From Dudresnaya verticillata (lineage: Eukaryota), in NCBI GenBank assembly GCA_977862235.1, contig OZ374564.1, forward strand, positions 1,054,001 through 1,118,000: 64,000 bases of DNA, read 5' to 3'. Both the position numbers and the translations under genes were made by a program. The stretch's first letter is position 1, and every line of letters begins with the position of its first letter. Positions 22,908-34,672 of this stretch are shown here, piece after piece. Below the pieces are notes generated by a model. That model had not been told where the DNA came from. It worked only from the letters and a program-made list of their open reading frames with translations, and did not search any database.

Positions 22908-24371
22908 CTAGCACAGCTCCGATATAGCCTTCACGTGTTGTTTAACACCAATCCCGAAACGTCCTAGCACGGTTCGATACGTCTTGGCAATCTCGCATCG
23001 ATTTCTGTCAAAGGCTGCGCCATTGAAGTCTAACTTTGTCATCAGCTCCGCCACGCCAATGTTCATCGGGTCCAGCTTTTGGCTGTAGATCGTGCTGTGA
23101 GGGATGTGCATTTTCTCGACCAGCTCGAGTACTCGATGGTCCGGGGCGATAACAAACACTGGAAGTTCCACCGAGAGTGCAATCATGTTCCCGTGAATTC
23201 TAGCCCCAAACGAGACATCCATCTCCCGCAAACTGTCTTGCCACTCGAACAAATTTGGGAAGAAGCGGACGCGTTCGAGAGGGAACCTGGTTTCGCGCAG
23301 CAGCTCAAAATCCTCCAGGCCTTGTGAATAGATGTAGCTGTTCGGGTACTTTTGGAGGATCTTTGCCACCATTCTGTGAAACCTGGGGAGCGGACGGATA
23401 TTTATGGCAATCTTGAGCGATGTATCACCGACGCGAGATTTTAAGGCCCGGTACTTTGCCTCCAGCGTCAAACCCAATCGGACGTTATCAGAGATCATAA
23501 GGCTAGGACACCCGGTTGAAATGGCATGGGTATACCCATTCAAAGCCAAGACATCGCGAGTCATATCTCCGCGTGTCAGCATTGGGAACTTCAGACGCTC
23601 AAAACCGGAGAGAAAAGCCTTCCCAGCTTCAGAAAACGCCACGTCTTTTGGCGTAATCTGAATAGTGAGGGATGAGTTTAGATCGAAGTCGAAGTCATCC
23701 CTTCGAAACGGGACGTTGAGGCCAATACCGACAAACAGCGTGGGCATACCTTTCTTTAGACTTGCTTCTGCGTGGTCTGGAAGTTTGCCCGACTCGGAAC
23801 CCGCGAGCTTGTTGAAGACTCCAATGGGCCTGTAGCCTACAAGTGACATACTCTTGGACTTAGCACGGTCGAGACAAACGTAGCGGGATGCGTTGCACAG
23901 TCGGTCGGCGCGGAACAAAGGCAGTTGGTTGAAGGCTCCATACTGCCATACATAGTTGCCAATATTACCACCTTCAAAGGACATGGCGGATTCGTACGAT
24001 TGAAGTTTGTAACCACGGTACGAGGAGACGTGGATGTGGGAGATGGTTCCCAGGAGCGATACGAGTACATCTTGAGAGATTAGTGGGGCGAGGACACTTG
24101 GTGGGTATTGCTCAAAAGTTGTACGGTTTGATGAGACTCGGTGTACATTTTGATGTTTTTCTGCAAGAACGACTTGTGCTGGATAGTTGGGGTGCGATGA
24201 CTCGAAGGCGAGGGCTCGAATGGGGGAGCGATGCAGGGCCGTGGAGATGAGAACGAAGCAGAGGCCTACGAAGGAAAGGAAGAGCAGCGCACGGAGAGCA
24301 GAGGCAGTGAAGCGGTGACCGGGCTTTACAAGCCGTCTTAGGTGGCGTGTTGTATGGGGAATGACTTGCAT
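22908..24371 (-). CDS. Polysaccharide pyruvyltransferase-like (GT-B fold) type II membrane protein, paralogue 1
   Basis: N-terminal TM helix (ALLFLSFVGLCFVLISTAL) and motifs GGNIGNYVW, RGDMT, TGCPSL, FGARIHGNMIAL and DHRVLEL. The start codon is uncertain (24371 or 24404). Confidence 0.8.
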   Translation of the reverse strand: MQVIPHTTRHLRRLVKPGHRFTASALRALLFLSFVGLCFVLISTALHRSPIRALAFESSHPNYPAQVVLAEKHQNVHRVSSNRTTFEQYPPSVLAPLISQDVLVSLLGTISHIHVSSYRGYKLQSYESAMSFEGGNIGNYVWQYGAFNQLPLFRADRLCNASRYVCLDRAKSKSMSLVGYRPIGVFNKLAGSESGKLPDHAEASLKKGMPTLFVGIGLNVPFRRDDFDFDLNSSLTIQITPKDVAFSEAGKAFLSGFERLKFPMLTRGDMTRDVLALNGYTHAISTGCPSLMISDNVRLGLTLEAKYRALKSRVGDTSLKIAINIRPLPRFHRMVAKILQKYPNSYIYSQGLEDFELLRETRFPLERVRFFPNLFEWQDSLREMDVSFGARIHGNMIALSVELPVFVIAPDHRVLELVEKMHIPHSTIYSQKLDPMNIGVAELMTKLDFNGAAFDRNRCEIAKTYRTVLGRFGIGVKQHVKAISELC

Positions 24372-24683
24372 TGAGGGGCTCGGTAAGTGAAAATGCGAAG
24401 GCATTTCGGGAAAGGAGAAGGCGATGCAGCAGGCTTGGTGGTGCAAAGGCCACGGGTGGAGGGCGGCTACTCAAATAACCGACATCTTGGCTCCTGATGA
24501 GGTACAAAACAACTTGGGAGCAGCGCACCTGGCGACAGGGTGAGCGAAGTGCTGCCGAGTTGCGATTGCAGAAGACTGTTGAGACATTATGTACTGTGAT
24601 GCCTTCGAGGCCATGATGAGGTGGAGAGCTTCGCAGAAATGTCGACGGGGCGGCGGTTGGGATTGCAGCGCGAATGATCTGTG

Positions 24684-24859
24684 GGGGTAGGGCACGTTGT
24701 GACAGGCTCTCCTTCGTTGCCGTGTAGCTTGCCAAGTTGTTCATAAACGGCCTGTTTTCGCATGCAACGCTCCTGTACCTACCTGCGCAGTTATATCTAC
24801 TTTACTGGAAAACCACTTGCTATAGCGTTATCTCCACGGTGCTGAACGTGCCCTACTCG
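24684..24859 (+). mobile_element. 176-bp non-autonomous derivative of the 37662-54310 transposon
   Basis: The first 21 nt equal 37662-37682 and the rest is nearly identical to 54156-54310. Flanked by GATCTGTG at 24676-24683 and 24860-24867. Confidence 0.9.
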
Positions 24860-25760
24860 GATCTGTGGGTGAAAAAAGCTTACCTTCAGCGGCTGTCCAG
24901 GGCGAGTCGTGAAGCACCTTTGTTTCTCGATGGTGATGGAAGGTTGGAATCACCGTTGGAACCAGAGAGTGATGCAGCTCTGCTGAAGACATAAAACATT
25001 TGAACGCCGCCGCTGTGCAGCATGATGCTTCTGTTCAATTTTAGAGTAAAATTTACAGTATGTTATGAATAAATCCTCGTTGTGGGCAATGGAAGAAAAA
25101 AGAGAACACCTTCTCTCGAGTCTGCGCATATCGTCGCTCTCTCGGTGTGCCCCACAAACCTATCATAGCATTTAGCTACTGTATGTACTGTATGTACTTT
25201 TACCAGTCGCAGCTGTCTTGCGACTTTCAAAACCACAAACCCATTCTATCTGTTCACGGCGGCAGGTCGCGCAAAGCTTTAACCGGAAAATATTGCCGAG
25301 CCATGTGAGCTTATAACAGACTGTGTGACTGCAAGGAAGGCTCCTTACCTATTTTTTACAGTCAGACCATTCAGAGCTCACGCTCTCTCTCCATACACCA
25401 ATAATGCCGCACTCCACTTCCCGCAATACTGCCCAACGAACAATTCAGCTTCCCCGCCGGCGCTCGGTGAGACTTTGTGGCCCCTGAATACACGCGTTCG
25501 CATCACTGACATTGCGCTCTCAGAATACCACAGACATCCCCTCGCCAGCAAGTCAAGCCACCACTACTGGCGAGGCAGGTCAACGTCCGCGTGCATTCCG
25601 ATATGACCCTGCGCCGCTCCTGTGCCACCAAAGAACAATAACAAAAAACCAAACCCGCACGAAACCAAAACCGTAAACATGTAGACACTTGCCGTCAACC
25701 TGAGCCAGTACACCAGTCTACGGGTTTGCCTCACAATCGGAATCCTCACACACCCCGTCC

Positions 25761-27296
25761 TTAGCATAGTTCTGAAATAGCCTTAACGTGGTCCTTGACC
25801 CCAACGCCATAGCGCCCAAACACTTCACGATAATTCTTTGCAATTCCACACCGGTTCTGGTCAAACTCCTTTCCGTCAAACTCCTTTTTGGTCATCACCT
25901 CTGCCACGTCAATATTCTCCGCGTCCAAGTCCTCGCTATAGACCGTATTGTGCGGGATCTTCATCCGCTCCACTAGCTCCAAAACCCGGTGATCCGGCGC
26001 AATCACGAACGAGGGCACTTCCACTGAGAGTGCAATCATGCTTCCGTGGATTCTCCCTCCGAACGACACATCCATCTCACGTAGGCTGTCCTGCCAATCG
26101 AAAAAGTTGGGAAGAAAGCGAACACGCTCAAGCGGGAACCCATTCTTCGATAGCGAGTTGAAGTCTGCAAGTCCTTGTGAGTAAATGTAGCTGTCGGGAT
26201 ACTTCCTCAGGATCGTTTTGGCCATCGTATAGTAGGCTGGTGAGGACTTGAAGTTGAGAGCAACCTTAAGTGTCGAATCCCCAATGCGGTCCTTAAGGGC
26301 TTTGTACTTCTGCTCAAGGGTTTCACCCAATCGAACGTTGTGCGAAATCATCAAGCTTGGGCAGCCGTTCGAAATGCTGTGGGTGTACCCGTTTCTCGTA
26401 AGAACGTCGCGAGTCATGTCACCTCGAACAAATATTGGGAACTTCAACTTCTCAAACTCGGCGAGGGCCAGCTGGCCAGCCTCAGACAGAGTGAAGTCCT
26501 CGACACTAGTCTCAATGCTGCGCGATGAATCCATAACGAATGATCCGACTCTTCCATTTGTTTCGAACGGCATGTCCATTCCAACGCCAATAAACATGGT
26601 CGGTATGCCCTGCCTAGTGCTCACCCTGAAGTAATTGTATTCCAAGCCTGATTGCATGTTGTCATCTCTAAAATAGTTGGCGACAGGTCTGTATTCGGCC
26701 ATAGTAGCGTTCTGAACTTTGGCATAGTCCATACAAGCCTTGCGATTGTGTTTGCATGAGAGCTCTTTGTGAAAGACAGGGAGCTGATTGTATGCGCCAT
26801 ACTTCCAGACATAGTTGCCAATGTTTCCACCGTTGAAGGACTTGCCTTGTTCGAATGATGCAAGCTTGAAGGCACGGTACTCGTCATGCGGGAGACTGTC
26901 GAAACCGTCAGAGTAGTACATGATGGTCTTTGTGGGAGGGCCGCTACGGAGAATTTCCGGTTCGACCTCGTCGGTGGACATCTGATCCTGATCATCGTCA
27001 GAGTCATCGTCGTCTGTGTCCTGGGCTAGCGAGGAATCATGCGACGACTGTTGGCGCTTGAGATCGGGCTCCAGGTCGTTTTCGGGGACCGAGACGGGCG
27101 CAGGCGGAGGTGGTTGTGGTGGGGCAGCCTGATCGTCGATGATCTGTAGAGGGACATTAGGGTCTGCCGGGACGTTGAGGCGTGTGGCGAGAAGGACGGC
27201 GACGGCGAGGAAGAGGAAAACGAGTAGCAGACGGTTGGCGGGGCGCTTGCGGATCTTCATAGCGTGGCGGTCTTGCTCGAGGGGGTGGACACGCAT
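25761..27296 (-). CDS. Polysaccharide pyruvyltransferase-like type II membrane protein, paralogue 2 (511 aa)
   Basis: Basic tail plus TM (RLLLVFLFLAVAVLLAT), Pro/Asp-rich stem, and motifs GGNIGNYVW, NGCPSL and FGGRIHGSMIAL. It shares the C-terminus HVKAISELC with paralogue 1. Confidence 0.85.
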   Translation of the reverse strand: MRVHPLEQDRHAMKIRKRPANRLLLVFLFLAVAVLLATRLNVPADPNVPLQIIDDQAAPPQPPPPAPVSVPENDLEPDLKRQQSSHDSSLAQDTDDDDSDDDQDQMSTDEVEPEILRSGPPTKTIMYYSDGFDSLPHDEYRAFKLASFEQGKSFNGGNIGNYVWKYGAYNQLPVFHKELSCKHNRKACMDYAKVQNATMAEYRPVANYFRDDNMQSGLEYNYFRVSTRQGIPTMFIGVGMDMPFETNGRVGSFVMDSSRSIETSVEDFTLSEAGQLALAEFEKLKFPIFVRGDMTRDVLTRNGYTHSISNGCPSLMISHNVRLGETLEQKYKALKDRIGDSTLKVALNFKSSPAYYTMAKTILRKYPDSYIYSQGLADFNSLSKNGFPLERVRFLPNFFDWQDSLREMDVSFGGRIHGSMIALSVEVPSFVIAPDHRVLELVERMKIPHNTVYSEDLDAENIDVAEVMTKKEFDGKEFDQNRCGIAKNYREVFGRYGVGVKDHVKAISELC

Positions 27297-27584
27297 GGCG
27301 GGCGGCAGAGGGCGGGGGAAGGGAGGGGTAGAGGGTAGGAGAGTAGGAGAGCAGGAGACGGGTCGGGTGTGGGGATGAGGTAAATGTGGAGGTAGCGGTG
27401 AGCAAGAAGTAGGGGAGCTAGGTCGTGGGGTTGTGGGGTGGGGGGGAAAGGCGCGAGTGTTTCTACAGCGGGGACTTGGCAGCAGAGGCAGTTGGGCAAG
27501 GCTGACGGTGAAATGTGAGTGAGTGGTTTGAGACGGGCTGAAATTCCAAGGAGGTCTTTCGTGGTGGGGAGGAGGGGGGGTTGT

Positions 27585-27611
27585 GGGGGGGGGGGGGGGG
27601 GGGGGGGGGGG
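27585..27611 (+). repeat. G27 homopolymer
   Basis: 27 consecutive G about 290 bp upstream of paralogue 2. Confidence 0.95.
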
Positions 27612-28401
27612 CGGGCTTTCAATGGTCAGCGCAATCCGGTGGTATGGTAGCAGACCGCAGCTGTGGTGGGATGTGTGCAAGGGCACACTTCTTAAAGGTG
27701 TGCGTGTGTCAATGCAGCAATTCATATGCTAGTGACACGCGAAGACACCACGCCCTGCGCAAAGGCGACAAGGAACAGGTTTACAAAGAGGGGTGTATTG
27801 GAACGGTTGCAGCGCGGCGTTTATGTGCGCGTGTGTGTATGTGTGTGTCCGAGGCGACTCGCTCGGGGCGGGGGCTGTGTTTGTAGTTTGTCTTGGTCGT
27901 CATGATGGCAAGGCGGCGGTCGGCAGTCGACGGTCTGACGGAGTTGATGGAAGAGAGTGTTTAGTTTGTAAGCTTTAGAAGTGTAGCGCGGTACACTGCA
28001 GTAGTGCAGCAGTTTTGCACACACACATTGCGAAGTGGCAACAACGTGCTACAGGCTCTATTTGTGATATGGGAATGCCATTAGCCGATGTTAGGTTTGC
28101 AGTCTCTCAAGCTGTCAAAAGCAAAAGAGAAAACCGAACATATCCCATTTCTTTAGCAAATAAAACTCGTCAGCGTGTTCCACGACACGGCTACTGTATT
28201 ACCTCGATATATTCCCCAACGCGATAAAACTATATAGATACTGGCTATCCTTACAACTAAGATTGTCTATATAAAGCGCATTGTGGCTACCGCGCTTGTT
28301 GCTCTGGTTAGCTGTTCGAAATGGCACAATACCTACTTTACTGTAGTGTACTGCACAAGTACTGTACTGTGCCTAATTGTGTCCAACTTAATAATAGCCG
28401 A

Positions 28402-28429
28402 TACAGTACAGTACAGTACAGTACAGTAC
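28402..28429. repeat. (TACAG)5 microsatellite within a TACAGTA/TACTGTA-rich tract (about 28339-28565)
   Basis: tacagtacagtacagtacagtacagtac, with nearby copies on both strands. Confidence 0.85.
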
Positions 28430-29066
28430 TGCGCAGTCCAAACGCAGTCCTATTTCCGATATTTCCCCAATTCACTCTCACACCACCTTATTTTCACCTG
28501 TTACAAAGTTGAACTCACACCACTATTATTATACTGTACAGTACACTATCCCCGCCGTACTGTATCCCCTACATGCGATAGCCCCGCCGTCGCGGCACCC
28601 CCCCAACACCAACACCCCCTCGTCCGAATGTCGCGGGGCGCCGCAGAGCCCGCATTCAGGTGCGCGCAGAAAGAAACCCCTTTGTACGCGTGCAGTCCGC
28701 CTCGGGCGAATCCCGCATTCAAAAAAGTCTCAAAACACATAGAGGCCTATATATAGCGTGGCCTGCATCGCTGTGCGAGGTGTCCACGTGTACCATGCTC
28801 GTGTCGCTACATCACTGTTGACACGGCCCAGGGCTAAGGGCATTGCGCTTCGGAGCGAAACAGATCGCGCTGTTTCGTAACTGCACTTGCCGACAAGTAC
28901 TTATACGCAACATAACGTCGGGAAGAGAAACTTTCGCCGTAACAATCTTGCACAACAAAATCAAAGCGCCAGTCCGGAAGATCAACAATGCATTTTCACT
29001 CTGTACGTACAGTACAGTACTGCCAGGTATGCGAGACAACCGGCTACATGAGAAAACCTGCGTAAT

Positions 29067-29387
29067 TGTCATTGGGCCGCCGCCCGATATTATATTTTGA
29101 AACGCGCTGGCCACGTGTACAACGCGGCCGGCGCGACGGCGGCGCAACCTTTATCACAGCTGCGTGAGCTCGCCCAGCTACAGCTACAGCCCGCCGAGAG
29201 ATAGAGAGACGAAGAATAAGCATAACGTTGGACGTGGTCCGTTGTGCAATTGCCGCTAGGTCGTACGCCTGGGCTCCTTCGTCAGTAAAGTTTTATTTTC
29301 TCTACCCTCTCTTCTCTACTACCGTTGACTACCGTGCGTGATTGTACACGTTTCGCAACAGTACGGCTCAGAACACGTTACACGACA
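29067..29387 (+). repeat. Copia 5' LTR (321 bp)
   Basis: Matches 36159-36473 by eye except for one extra CAGCTA unit. Confidence 0.96.
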
Positions 29388-29481
29388 ATCCGGATTCGTA
29401 TCGTCACTTCTGTGCCGATCGCTTCAAGAGAGAGGTCTCTAACGCCGTCAAGTCTAGTCGAGTATTTTCGCACTTGCCAAG

Positions 29482-32400
29482 ATGCCGCTGTCTCGAACTC
29501 AGTTCAAGACTAAGCACGATGCCATACTTCGACGTATCTCAACGTCCAACGTCAAGGACGATGTCTCCGTAGCTCTACTAGCCGCCGCAAAGTCTGTCCT
29601 CGACGACTATGCGCCCTCTAGCGCCGAAGATGGAAGCGCGTCGCAAACCTTTGCACTCCCTGAAGCTGAAGACGTTCTGTGTGCGCTACGCGACGCTCTT
29701 ATCGCGTCGTCAGAGATATTCGTGGAAAGCACCTTCAAGCAACCGCTACGCCCGATCGTCATTCTGCACGATGTCGCAAACCTATATGGCTTTGGACCTA
29801 TCCCGCAAGATTTCTTGCAGGCGTCTGGAGTTGAGCTCGCCGGACCCGAACGCCGTAATGTCGAGTTATGGGTTTGGTTGTGCTACTTGGTTCAGGTTGA
29901 TGCTTCGTCATGTAAGCACATCGTGAAGTTGTTCGCCGAGTGCCGTGGCAGTCCAACACCGCTCACGGGCAATATTGCCCCCGGTGCCCCGCTTGGCTCG
30001 CCTACCGGTGAGACCCGTCCTGATCAGCCTCCAAAGAGTGCTAGCCGTCTCACTTTTGCTGGGAACAGCGGTACGGATCGTGGTGTTCAGGAGCGCTCTC
30101 AAGATCATCGTGGTGGAGCGCCTACAAGCCGTGACCCGCCTCTCCCTAACCACGGGACTGGCCCCGACCGCGGAACTATGGGTCCACCTCCGGACCCAGC
30201 CTCATCTTCACCGTTTGCCTTTCACCCCGTTGGTCGTCATAACAATGATGACTCGAGGAAGTCAAACTATGTGCAACAAATGTTCAAGGACAATAAGTTC
30301 AGTGGAGAACTTAACCAAGACATCTTGGAGACCTTGAAACTTTATGGTATCTGTGCACGTCAGCATAGCCTGAGCCAGTCGCAGAAGGCGGACTTCTTCG
30401 TTCACATCTTGGAAGGCTCCGCTAGGAAGTTTTTCTTCGACAACGCTAATGAGATGATGTCATACAACGAGATGGCTCAGATTATGTTAAAGGAGTATGT
30501 CAGCGATGCAAGGCAGCTACAGGTTAAAGGTATCCTGGAGACGTTACGCCTTCGCACATTTATGAAGGAGAGAGAACTAGAAGATGTCTCGGAAGGGCTA
30601 ACTAAGATGGTAGCCCACCTCAACGAGCTCTCACCACAGTGCCCCCCTGACTTTCGGTCTGATGCTCATAAGATCGACTTCCTTCGCAAAGCAGTCGTGG
30701 AGTTCCAAGATTGGTCTCGCATCCCCATCCAGAACATTACATCTCAAAAGTATTCGTTCAACGGGTTTGTTACCGCTCTACATGAAGCGATACAAAACCT
30801 ACGGCAACTAGAGCTCCTTACTGGCGAGCATGATCGTTCGCGCAGCTCTTTTACTGGACATGCTGAGTCCCCGTTCCAGACCAACATGGCCCAGTACGGA
30901 TGCAATCCCAGGTTTGTCAGCAAGTTTGGCAAACGAAACCAGAACAGCGGCCGTTTTCAGGGACCACGTAATCGTACGCCGGTCAGGTCTGCGTCCTTCG
31001 AAGAAGCACGCCGCCGCAATGAGTGTCACAAATGTGGTGCTGCTAATTGGCGTCCCGGTCATAGATGTGGTAAGGGCACCATCCACGCTTATGCTCGCAA
31101 CCGTTTACAAAACGGCGATTCATCTGTCCATATCGTTGCCGATCTCGTTCAACAACTGGAGGGAGAGCAAGATAGCTGCAGCGATGATGAAACTGAATCC
31201 ACTCCTCGCGACAATGGTGATCGTGATGTGCATTTCACGAACCAGCAAACCGATTTGGACACGTTCGACTCACTCTGTAGAGAGCAGGATGACCCTGATT
31301 CTCACCTGACCACGTATGTCAGCGCCCTTGAGGAAGTGGACTGCGGGATTACGCCTCGCATATCGCTGCGTCTATGAATAGTGATGAACGTGACAAATTC
31401 GCACCGAGTGTGCCGGGTTTTCGGCTCGGCGACGACCAGTAACCCCGCTGCTACGTCGCCGAATGAACCAGCGGTGGGATGGATCTCACCGCACTGCACG
31501 CCCTAAGTTCCGACGGAATCGGCAAGAACCACAATGGGAGAATGTGGACATGAGTGATATCTACGTCACGCACATCGCAAGGGAGACAAGGTTCAAGGCG
31601 CGCCCTGTTGGCTTCTGTTGCGACATTGGCGCCCCAAAGAGTGTCATCGGCAGAAAGGAGCTGAATCGGATCTTCAACGAGATGGGCATCCATCGTCGTA
31701 ACATCATGCCTTCTCGCAATCGATTCCGTTTCGCTGACTCAGTCTACGAATCAATGGGAAGATTATCGATACCGCTGTTGACGCCACGTAGCCTCCCTAC
31801 TGTCAACGTCGTGATGGACATAGTCGACGCTGATATCCCTGCTCTACTCGGTATGGATGTACTAGACAAGGAATCGCTAACACCCTGTACAGTCTCAAAC
31901 CGCCTGATCCATCGCATTGCACGCCCGACGCCCGACGGTAAGAAGACTTATCTGGACGACTGGCATGTACCGCTTCGGCGTTCTGAAAGCAACCACTTGT
32001 ACGCAGAGATGCACTTCCCTCCCGCAATGTACTTTACTCGAACCCAACTGCATCGACTGCACAGGCAGTTCTTCCATCCGAGCTCGAGAAAGCTGTTCGA
32101 CCTTTTGAGACGTGCAAGGCCAGACAAGGTCACACCCGAAACATTGCAAACGCTGGAAGATCTGGCGAAGCGATGCGATCCGTGCCAGAGGATATAGCAC
32201 GCACCCGTCCGCTTCCGCATCACGCTCGGCGCGGAGAACATTCGTTTCAATGAACGTCTCTTCATTGACATCATGTACATCGATGGCGATCCTGTACTGC
32301 ATATTGTCGACGAAGGCACCAAGTTCGGCGCTGCTCGCTTCCTATCGGAAGTGTCAACCAAAGCTGTATGGAAGACAATCGTTGAGTGCTGGGCCTCAAT

Positions 32401-34660
32401 TTATACTGGGTTACCCAACCGCATCTTAACCGATCAAGGATCCCAGTTTGGCGAATTGTTCATCCACTTAGCACGTCTATCCAATGTGGAAGTGAACCGC
32501 ACTGGAGTAGAAGCGCACAGCAGCCTCGGGCTTCTCGAACGCTACCATGAGCCACTTCGCACAACCTACCGCAAGATCATGCTTGCTCAGCCTGAAACTG
32601 ACAAACGCCTCGCATTGGCAGTGGCAGTGAAGGCTATGAATGATACCCTCGGTCCGGAGGGATGGGTACCTTCCGCGCTCGTCTTTGGGGAACTTCCTCA
32701 CGCCTACACTAGATCTGAAGTAAGACCAGAAAGGGCAACGATGGCAGAAAGAGCCGCATTAGCTGGTATTGCACGAGAGGAGGTACAAAGGATAATGGCC
32801 GAAATGAAGACGAAGCGTGCTTTGCATCACGCAGTACCACCTGCAGCAGACCGCTCATATGAGCCTGGAGACAAAGTGTTAGTCTGGAGGGAGAAGCTAA
32901 TCGCTAACCGAATTGGAGAGTGGCTTGGCCCGTTCGAGGTCGATGAATTGGATTATGACAAGAAGCTTGTTTTTGTACGCGATGCACCAGTCGGTCCGAG
33001 TCGCCCCTTCAATGTGACGCAAGTGAAGCCCTACCTCACACCGGAGCTGTTGGCACATAGTTTCATTGTGGACATACATTCTGGACTTCGCCGATTCTCG
33101 TCGCCAAAAGAGGAATGGATCCACATGACCGAAGTGCTTGATCCAGACGACGAAAGAGCCAGGGGCATTGAGATGACTGAAGCAAAGAAACGAGAGATCG
33201 GAAACTTGCTTCGCCGCGGGACATTCAAGGTGATACTGAAAGAGGACATACCAAAGGATGGAAACGTGCTCCCGGGTCGTTTTGTTCTCGCTCTAAAGTC
33301 AACCATAGACGGCAAGGTCAAATACAAGGCTAGATATGTGATAGGTGGGCATAGGGATAAGCTGAAACACTACATGGTCCATTCGTCAACGACCCTTCAA
33401 CCCCAGTCAGTGCGACTACTTCTCGCTCTTGCGGGAATATTTGGGTTCGACTTATGGACATCGGACATTACTCAGGCTTATCTGCAGTCTGCAGAACCAC
33501 TCTCACGGGACATTTACATTGATAAGCCAGCTCCCGAATTTGAGCTGAGTGCTGAGCAATGCCTGAAGGTACTGCGCCCCCTCTACGGGCTATGCGACGC
33601 TGGGGATCTATGGCATAAAACGCTCGACGAGCATCACCGCCAAGAACTTGGCATGAATTCGTTTAAGCTGGACCCAGCATTGTACTACCTTTTATCGGAC
33701 GGCATGTTGAAGGGACTGAGTGGAAGCTATGTGGACGATTTGATAAGAGCTGGTGACAAGGACTTCCGCGCTTTTTCGAAGCGGACAAACGAACGCTTCG
33801 AGATGAGGGAGGAAGGCAATCTACCTTCTGAGTTCACCGGTTTCGTTATTGATCACGACAAGGACGGGGATTTTGTTGTCGACCAGAACGCGTACTTGCG
33901 TAAGCTGGAAGAACTCCCGGGAGACGCCAGCTTCTCACACTTCCGTTCAGCACGGATGAAGTTAGCCTGGCTTGCTAACTCAAGACCTGACTGCCTGCTT
34001 GAGATCGCTCAACTCGCGCAAGTCACTGAGAAGCAGTTCGAAGACTCGCCTGTGAAATGCATAAGGAGGCTGAACAAGGCGGTGCGGTACGCTGTTACCA
34101 ACAGAGTAAGGCTGAAGCTGTCGACGCTGGACAAGGACACGATAAGGGTCATTGGTTTTTCTGACTCATCCTTTGCGAACAACGCCGACCTTAGCTCGCA
34201 GTTAGGTCATGTTGTCTTTATCGGTGACGCAAGCGAAAACATCGTACCGTTCTCATTCAAGTCATACAAGCCTCACCGAGTGACCCGGTCGGCGATGTCT
34301 GGAGAGGTTATCGCGTTTAGCGACATGTTCGACATCACAATTGCTCTTGCTCATGAACTATCTACTGTTTTGGGTAGAGGCATTCCCGTACAGCTGCTCA
34401 CAGACAGCAAGAGCCTCTTCGACGTAATTTCGAAGGGCTCACGCACGTCGGAGAAGCGAACTATGATCGACATCGCGGCTGCGCGAGAAGCTTTTCGTGA
34501 CCGAGTGATCTCCGACGTAGGATTCGTACGAAGTAGTAAGAACGTCGCCGACGGACTTACGAAGCCCATGACCCAAGCCATGCTCAGGAACATAATCACC
34601 TCGGGCAAACTCAACGTGCTACCAGACCAGTGGATTATTCGAGACGCCGAAGTAACTTGA
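29482..34660 (+). pseudogene. Copia gag-pol polyprotein with a frameshift near 31370-31460 and an in-frame TAG at 32195-32197
   Basis: Zinc knuckle CHKCG...GHRC; protease CDIGAPKSV; HHCC (LHRQFFH...CDPC); integrase TDQGSQF...LERYH; RT KARYV, DITQAYLQ, LYGL, YVDDL; RNase H FSDSSF...TDSKSL...ADGLTK. Confidence 0.93.
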
Positions 34661-34672
34661 GTCTTTATTGTT

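Noticed and set aside
27297..27725. Pro-rich 143-aa N-terminal extension of pyruvyltransferase paralogue 2
   Set aside because: It is translation of a C-rich leader and the G27 run. The ATG at 27296 gives normal type II topology.
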